Of a DNA stretch of 64,000 nucleotides, positions 58,492 to 64,000 are shown piece by piece. The stretch is from positions 142,591-206,590 of IMG/VR virus record IMGVR_UViG_3300042514_000542, one strand, 5' to 3'. A program made the position numbers and the translations under genes. How positions within the stretch are numbered: the first letter of the stretch is position 1; every line of letters starts with the position of its first letter. Under the pieces are notes generated by a model. That model made no database searches and was not told the DNA's origin. It was given only the letters and a program-made list of their open reading frames with translations.

Positions 58492-60318
58492 ATGGCAGGT
58501 ATTCAGAATAATCCTAATAATAGGAGTAATTTATCCAGAGACGGTAAATCTGGAATGTATGATAGGTCGATGCAGACTTATCTCAAAAACCGTGTTCCAT
58601 ATAATTATAGTGTTTTAGATTCGGATGAATCCAAAAATACAAAATATAAATATTTCCAAAAAGTTGGAATGCGTAGACCAGAGGCTCTTGCTAAGAACTC
58701 TGTAACTCTCAATAATCCATATAATAACACAGCATTCTCTGCAATCGAAAGAGATAAGACTTTCGGTGATATTATGTATGCAAGCGCATCTGAAGATAAA
58801 CCGGGACGCTTGAGGGATTATAGATCTATGGCAGCATTTTCCGAAATTGCTGATGCTCTAGATGAAATTTGTGATGAGACAATTAATCCAGATGAAAATG
58901 ATGAGATTGTCCTTTTAAAATTTAAAAATACGGATTTGGAGTCGGATAAGAAAAGCGAAATCCAAGAAGAATGGTATAGGTATATTGAATATTACGACTT
59001 ACATAATAATGGATGGCAATACTTTAGACAATTCTTAACTGAGGGTGAATTGTTTTTTGAACAAATAATTCATGATGAATTTACCAATGAGGGTGTTTTA
59101 GGCATTATTAATATGCCAGCAGACCTCATTGATCCGGTATATTCAAATATTCAAAATATGTTGGTTAAGGGATTCCTATATCAAAAACCAATCTTCGATC
59201 CCAATGATCCCAAGAAAGTGGAAAGATATGAACCAATTCCTTTAGAGGAAAACCAAGTAGTTTATATTAATAATTCTGCATATAATGACACAAAGGATTT
59301 CATTATACCATTTATAGAAAATTGTCGTAGAGCTTATAGACAATTATCGATGATCGAAGATGCTGTAGTTATTCATAGAATGGTTCATGCACCTCTAAGG
59401 TTTGTATTTAATGTTGACGTTGGTACACTTCCTGTACCACAAGCAGAATCATACTTGAGAAAATTACAAGCACAGTATTGGTCATCTAAAACATTCGACT
59501 CTGACCAAGGGGATATTGTTAAAAAATATAGCCCACAATCAACATTGGATAGTTATTGGTTCGCCAAGAGACAAGGACAGGAACCGACCACAGTTAGTGA
59601 AATCGGTGGAACTCCGGGTCTTGGAGAGCTTCATGACTTGATGTTCTTCATCAAAAAACTTTACAGATCGCTTAAGGTTCCGACTTCAAGATTAGACCCC
59701 GAAGATTCGTTTCGTGATGGGACTGATATTCTTAGAGAAGAATTAAAGTTTGCCACAATGATCATGAGACAACAGAAGAAATTTGCTTCTGGCCTCAAGA
59801 GAGGATTTATAACACACCTCAAACTTCGTCATATGTTTGAGCAATATGATTTAACAGAACAAAATATTAATGTTGTATTCAATGCACCATCAAATTTCTA
59901 CGATCTTAGAAATAATCAGAAGATGGAACTTAAGGTTAATTCTTATAATAATCTTATGTCAACTCAAAAGGTTTCTGATACATATGCCAAGAAAAAAGTT
60001 CTTGGTTGGAAAGACAAAGATATTCTAGCAGATCGTGAATTGCGTAGAAAAGACGCAGAATTAGATTGGGAATTACAACAGATTATGGCAATGGGTCCAA
60101 GCTGGAAAGAGCAGTTATTACAACAAGCCCAAGGTGGCGCACCCGAAGCTGGTGATGATCTAGGTGGTATGGGCGGCGGAATGGGTGCTGGCGGTGCTGG
60201 AGGTTTACCACCTTCGTTCGGTGGTGGTGAAGCAGCAATTGGTGGTGATGAAACACTTCCACCTAATGCTGGTGTTGCGCCAGAAATGCCTATGGTTCCA
60301 GAAGAACCTCCAGCTTAA
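58492..60318 (+). CDS. gp20: Portal protein (gp20-like)
   Basis: YRSMA, ALDEI, QLSMIEDAVVIHR..APLR.VFNVDVG, LYRSLKVPTSRL, REELKF. Confidence 0.96.
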   Translation: MAGIQNNPNNRSNLSRDGKSGMYDRSMQTYLKNRVPYNYSVLDSDESKNTKYKYFQKVGMRRPEALAKNSVTLNNPYNNTAFSAIERDKTFGDIMYASASEDKPGRLRDYRSMAAFSEIADALDEICDETINPDENDEIVLLKFKNTDLESDKKSEIQEEWYRYIEYYDLHNNGWQYFRQFLTEGELFFEQIIHDEFTNEGVLGIINMPADLIDPVYSNIQNMLVKGFLYQKPIFDPNDPKKVERYEPIPLEENQVVYINNSAYNDTKDFIIPFIENCRRAYRQLSMIEDAVVIHRMVHAPLRFVFNVDVGTLPVPQAESYLRKLQAQYWSSKTFDSDQGDIVKKYSPQSTLDSYWFAKRQGQEPTTVSEIGGTPGLGELHDLMFFIKKLYRSLKVPTSRLDPEDSFRDGTDILREELKFATMIMRQQKKFASGLKRGFITHLKLRHMFEQYDLTEQNINVVFNAPSNFYDLRNNQKMELKVNSYNNLMSTQKVSDTYAKKKVLGWKDKDILADRELRRKDAELDWELQQIMAMGPSWKEQLLQQAQGGAPEAGDDLGGMGGGMGAGGAGGLPPSFGGGEAAIGGDETLPPNAGVAPEMPMVPEEPPA

Positions 60319-60608
60319 TCACAAAAGCTTACACAGTTGAACGCTGAACTATAATAATACTTAGTTCCAGAATTCGATTGTAAATTTAACCCAGAATCAC
60401 TCGGAACATTACATTCTAGAAAATAATATTCAGTCGGTATATTGGTTGTAACTTGGGGATAATTATCTTCTTGTCCCCATAAAATGAATTCATTCGCAGA
60501 TATACGGTAATATCCAGTGGATTTATTGGAGTTTATATTCACCCCTGATGTCGATGGAACACCACACGACAGTTCGTAATAAACGGAGCCAGAATTACTT
60601 TCATACAT
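60315..60608 (-). CDS. Small late protein with an internal Cys-containing repeat
   Basis: YYELSCGVPSTSGVNINSN and YYFLECNVPSDSGLNLQSN; TAAATA 5 nt upstream. Confidence 0.65.
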   Translation of the reverse strand: MYESNSGSVYYELSCGVPSTSGVNINSNKSTGYYRISANEFILWGQEDNYPQVTTNIPTEYYFLECNVPSDSGLNLQSNSGTKYYYSSAFNCVSFCD

Positions 60609-60636
60609 AATATTATTTAATAACTAAATAACTAAT

Positions 60637-61788
60637 ATGAGTTCACTTTGCACAATTACGCCAGTTTCGGCGTTTATGTCTACAAATCTAAGTTCGAAAA
60701 TTGACTGTTTTCAAGAATTGGGTGCTAGAATTCTTAGAATGCTTGGACACCCTATGATCAATGTTGAGCTACATCCTGATCAATTATATGACTCTATTTC
60801 AATGGCGTGTGAGTTTTTCACAAAGTATGCAGGACACACTAAGGAGTATTTGGTATTCAACTCTGATCTCTACGAAAGAGATAAAGGTATTAGATTGGAC
60901 TATTTATATACAGTCTCGAATACTGGGTTTACATTATCTCAAAAACTGAATGATCAAACTATTCCAAATCCAGACTTTGAATTGAAATTTAGAGAGAATT
61001 TATATGTGTCGTTATCAGACATCTCATATAATCATTTTTTAACTTCATCTGCATTATCTGCGTCGATTCCAACTGATGGTATCTCAACAATGCAGATATT
61101 AGATGAAAGTTCTTTTGCTCAATTAACCGCTTTTGATGCTAATTTGAGAAACATGTTTCGCATTTCACCTATGAAACCCTTCAATGTTCAATGTGAACAG
61201 GTGGAAAATGTGAGAACTATTAATAACATGTTTGATTATGATATTATGGATTATCGTAAAGTTATAGATGTTATTGATTTTGAAGAGGGTTCAAGTTCTG
61301 GTATTAGTCAATTATTTTCGATGGAACAGACCTTAGCTCAACAAACTTTCTATAGTTATGCTATGGGTAACTTTGGATTCGATTTGCTGTCTTGGCATAC
61401 TGTTAAAGATTGGCAAGATACCCGTGAGAAACTTTTGGCGACTCGTAGAGATATACATTTTGATAATAGAACGCAGTATTTGAAGTTTTATCCACAACCT
61501 AAAGATACGTCATCATTTGTGGGGGTGTTAGAATGCTATGTGGAAAGACCATTGAGAGATATTATTAAAGAAAAATGGGTTCTAGATTATTCTATCGCAC
61601 TATCTAAAGTTATGTGGGGAAGGATTCTAACAAAAATTAATGGTGTGACTATGCTTGGTGGCGGGACTCTAAATGGTGCTGAAATTTTAGCAGAAGGAAA
61701 TGCTGATAAAGAACGTCTTGAAACGATGCTGATTGAAGGCACGGGTGGGACAGCTTCGTATGAACCTATCATGATGTTCATAAGGTAA
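60637..61788 (+). CDS. gp13: Neck protein (gp13-like)
   Basis: ILRMLGHPMINVEL..DQ; WVLDY..A..K..WG..L.K..G..MLGGGTLNG. Confidence 0.9.
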   Translation: MSSLCTITPVSAFMSTNLSSKIDCFQELGARILRMLGHPMINVELHPDQLYDSISMACEFFTKYAGHTKEYLVFNSDLYERDKGIRLDYLYTVSNTGFTLSQKLNDQTIPNPDFELKFRENLYVSLSDISYNHFLTSSALSASIPTDGISTMQILDESSFAQLTAFDANLRNMFRISPMKPFNVQCEQVENVRTINNMFDYDIMDYRKVIDVIDFEEGSSSGISQLFSMEQTLAQQTFYSYAMGNFGFDLLSWHTVKDWQDTREKLLATRRDIHFDNRTQYLKFYPQPKDTSSFVGVLECYVERPLRDIIKEKWVLDYSIALSKVMWGRILTKINGVTMLGGGTLNGAEILAEGNADKERLETMLIEGTGGTASYEPIMMFIR

Positions 61789-61793
61789 ATTTT

Positions 61794-62309
61794 ATGATAT
61801 ACCCAAAACAAATTCCCAAATTTGTAAAAGATGTTCAATATCAGGAATTACATCCGAAAGTTGGAAAATATTTATATAGATATAAGACATTAGATGATAT
61901 CGAGTTGGTATTTCATAATTCATTAATACCACAAAATCAAACTATAACATTTAGTGATGAACAAGGTCGAATCTGGTTGACCATCACACACAAATCTATA
62001 ATAATATCCAAGAATTATGCTTGGAATGGATGTTCACCAAAAAGATGGTGGCTGGTTTGGTGGGGAACTCCCGATTTTGAGGAAACCCTTATTGCGTCAT
62101 TATTTCATGACGCATTAGTTCAGTTTGTATACACTGAACATTTTCCCTTGTCGAGATATATATGCGACAACATATTCAAAAATATATTATATATGAAAAA
62201 ATTTAAATTTGTAGATATATATTATATTGGAGTTAGAGTAGGTAGTGAAGTATTACCAATCAATAAATATGTTGGGAAATCCAACTTGACAACACTATCT
62301 CAAGACTAA
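61794..62309 (+). CDS. DUF1353-like protein
   Basis: YAWNGCS, ASLFHDAL, YYIGVR. Confidence 0.6.
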   Translation: MIYPKQIPKFVKDVQYQELHPKVGKYLYRYKTLDDIELVFHNSLIPQNQTITFSDEQGRIWLTITHKSIIISKNYAWNGCSPKRWWLVWWGTPDFEETLIASLFHDALVQFVYTEHFPLSRYICDNIFKNILYMKKFKFVDIYYIGVRVGSEVLPINKYVGKSNLTTLSQD

Positions 62310-62319
62310 ATATATTTCA

Positions 62320-64000
62320 ATGAAGTTGTTTAGCGAAAAGGTGAAGCACACCTTAACTAACTCTTCTCAAAACATCTTACAGGTTGAAGCTTTCCAAGAA
62401 ATCTTTTTCGGTGTTTATGAGATAGAGATAAACAAGTCCAAATATCCTGTTGAAAAGATTTCTGAATATGATGGAAATCCAGTGGTGTCTGTGCCTGTTA
62501 CGGTTGAGGGTGTTAAGAGAGAATACCCATTTGTATTGTTGGAGGGTAAATTTGAGTTATTATTCAATGAGGATAATAAGCTAAACGATGAGTATGAGAT
62601 AGTTCAGGACACTATTAAAGATATTCTACTTGCGGAAACTGTCGAGGAAATTGAAGAAGTTATCAGTATTCCAGAGGTTGTCGATAATAGAGGGAAAATT
62701 CTAAAACAAATTCAAAAGGCTAAAAAAGATGCCTACAATGCTTTACAGTTAGAGAAAACCAAGAATCTAAAAGAAATTCAAGTTGAAGCTGCTAAAAAGA
62801 ATAAACTTTTAAAAGAAACCTTGGATGTTGCTAGGGAGAATCTTGTAGAGGAATTTGTATCTGTATCCAAGAAGATACGAGAAGAATTGGTTGATGGAAA
62901 TGATAAACGTTTTGATGAAATTAAAGAGACTATTGATAATAAGATCAATGATCTAGCTTCTAATCTTTCAGAATCTTTGAAGAAAGACTTTAAACAATCT
63001 TCTAAAATCTTTGATGATAGTATTAAGAAATTAGTCAAGGAATCATATAATTCTTTACAACCCAAAATAGATAAAGAACTTAAGGCTATTGCGACGGATA
63101 TTGTCGAGAAAGTAAGTTCTATTGAGAAAGAACTTGATAGAAAACTTGAGGATAAGGCTGATATAACCCTTATTGAAAATGTCGAGGGAGAACTGAACGC
63201 AGTATCCAAAGCTAATATTGAGCTTAATGATAAGATCAACAAAGGTGTCAATAAGGCACTTTCAAGAGTTGGTAATGCCGATAAGAAAATTGATGAACTA
63301 ACCATAGCCTTATCCGAAGAAGTTGAAAGTAAGATTTCAAAGGCTGAAGAGAACATTACGAATTACTATACAGAGAAACTTAAAATGTTGGAAGAAAAAA
63401 CTTTCGACATTACAGAAGAAACTAGAAAATATATAATCGAGTTGGTCACAGAATCGCGTAATAATCTTGTCGAAGAGATACGCAAAATTAAAGATGAAAA
63501 ACCAATCGAATATATTGTCGAATCTAAAGGCAAGAAACAATCAATAAACTCCGATGATTTAGTAAAGGATTTTGATAAAAAGATTAATTCAAAGATTGAT
63601 AACGAGGTTACAAGACTTCGTAAATATATTGCGGTATATTCGGGTGGTGGTTCCGTAGCAATGCAATTTGCAGATGGGGGAACCATGAATGGTGATTTGA
63701 ATGTTAATGGTAACTTAACAGTGGTTGGGTCTATCAGTGCATCCCAATATCTTGGAATTCCTTATCCATCAGAGAATGATACATTAGATGTCGTAACATC
63801 TAGAGGCAATATCACCAATAATTCAATAAAGGTTAATAATCTTTCCGCCAACTCTGCTCATCTCACATCAGTAATAGAGGCATCTGCGTTTGTTACCACA
63901 GGTGGCACATCTTCGGATTTTGTGAAAGGAGATGGATCTCTGGATAGTAATACTTATATAACAGAAGAAGCCTTTTTATCAAATCTTGTTTTATATCCCA
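62320..64000 (+). CDS. Long coiled-coil fibre-like virion protein, 3'-truncated (not in the ORF track)
   Basis: Open frame from MKLFSEKV to the window end; K/E-rich coiled coil, then SGGGSVAMQFADGGTMNGDLNVNGNL; TAAATA 7 nt upstream. Confidence 0.75.
   Translation, partial: MKLFSEKVKHTLTNSSQNILQVEAFQEIFFGVYEIEINKSKYPVEKISEYDGNPVVSVPVTVEGVKREYPFVLLEGKFELLFNEDNKLNDEYEIVQDTIKDILLAETVEEIEEVISIPEVVDNRGKILKQIQKAKKDAYNALQLEKTKNLKEIQVEAAKKNKLLKETLDVARENLVEEFVSVSKKIREELVDGNDKRFDEIKETIDNKINDLASNLSESLKKDFKQSSKIFDDSIKKLVKESYNSLQPKIDKELKAIATDIVEKVSSIEKELDRKLEDKADITLIENVEGELNAVSKANIELNDKINKGVNKALSRVGNADKKIDELTIALSEEVESKISKAEENITNYYTEKLKMLEEKTFDITEETRKYIIELVTESRNNLVEEIRKIKDEKPIEYIVESKGKKQSINSDDLVKDFDKKINSKIDNEVTRLRKYIAVYSGGGSVAMQFADGGTMNGDLNVNGNLTVVGSISASQYLGIPYPSENDTLDVVTSRGNITNNSIKVNNLSANSAHLTSVIEASAFVTTGGTSSDFVKGDGSLDSNTYITEEAFLSNLVLYP

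Noticed and set aside
62778-63686. Minus-strand ORFs in the track, and similar shadow ORFs elsewhere
   Set aside because: They are antisense shadows of real genes, here the long + strand frame from 62320.
1-64000. Genome-wide stop-codon recoding
   Set aside because: Core genes are intact in the standard code, and TGA and TAG end many genes (frequent ATGA overlaps). Only one in-frame TGA was found.

Overview
64 kb from a large, AT-rich (roughly 30-35% GC by eye) T4-like myovirus genome, most like uncultured T4-superfamily phages. 1-9.3 kb holds late virion and fibre-like genes. 12-38 kb is a mostly minus-strand replication, recombination and late-transcription block: gp61 primase, gp45, gp32, a degenerate DHH protein, gp41, UvsX, gp43, gp46/47, gp55, UvsW, UvsY and three paralogous GIY-YIG/NUMOD3 homing endonucleases. 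An AT-rich, palindrome-rich candidate origin lies at about 38.6-38.85 kb, followed by small late proteins with prohead-protease-like leaders, including a retropepsin-type protease. Next come PhoH and a kinase/glycosyltransferase/methyltransferase operon that also contains a gp62-like gene. The rest is a GroES-like gene, a DinG helicase, an AAA ATPase, gp15, a high-GC cassette (LRR fibre plus glycosyltransferase-chaperone fusion), gp20 portal, gp13 and a coiled-coil fibre running off the end. The most notable signal is a candidate phage-encoded glycosylation system. It has 11 glycosyltransferase domains and 2 FkbM methyltransferase domains, a mucin-like Ser/Thr/Pro protein beside one GT, a GT fused to a fibre-chaperone-like domain, and a recurrent [LIVF]-S-[AGS] motif in exterior virion proteins. 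Transcription appears to be largely leaderless (TAAATA-N5-8-start and TTGAC-N16/17-TAnnnT-N5-9-start). No tRNA, rRNA, CRISPR array, intron or intein was recognised. All calls are by motif recognition only; no searches were run.
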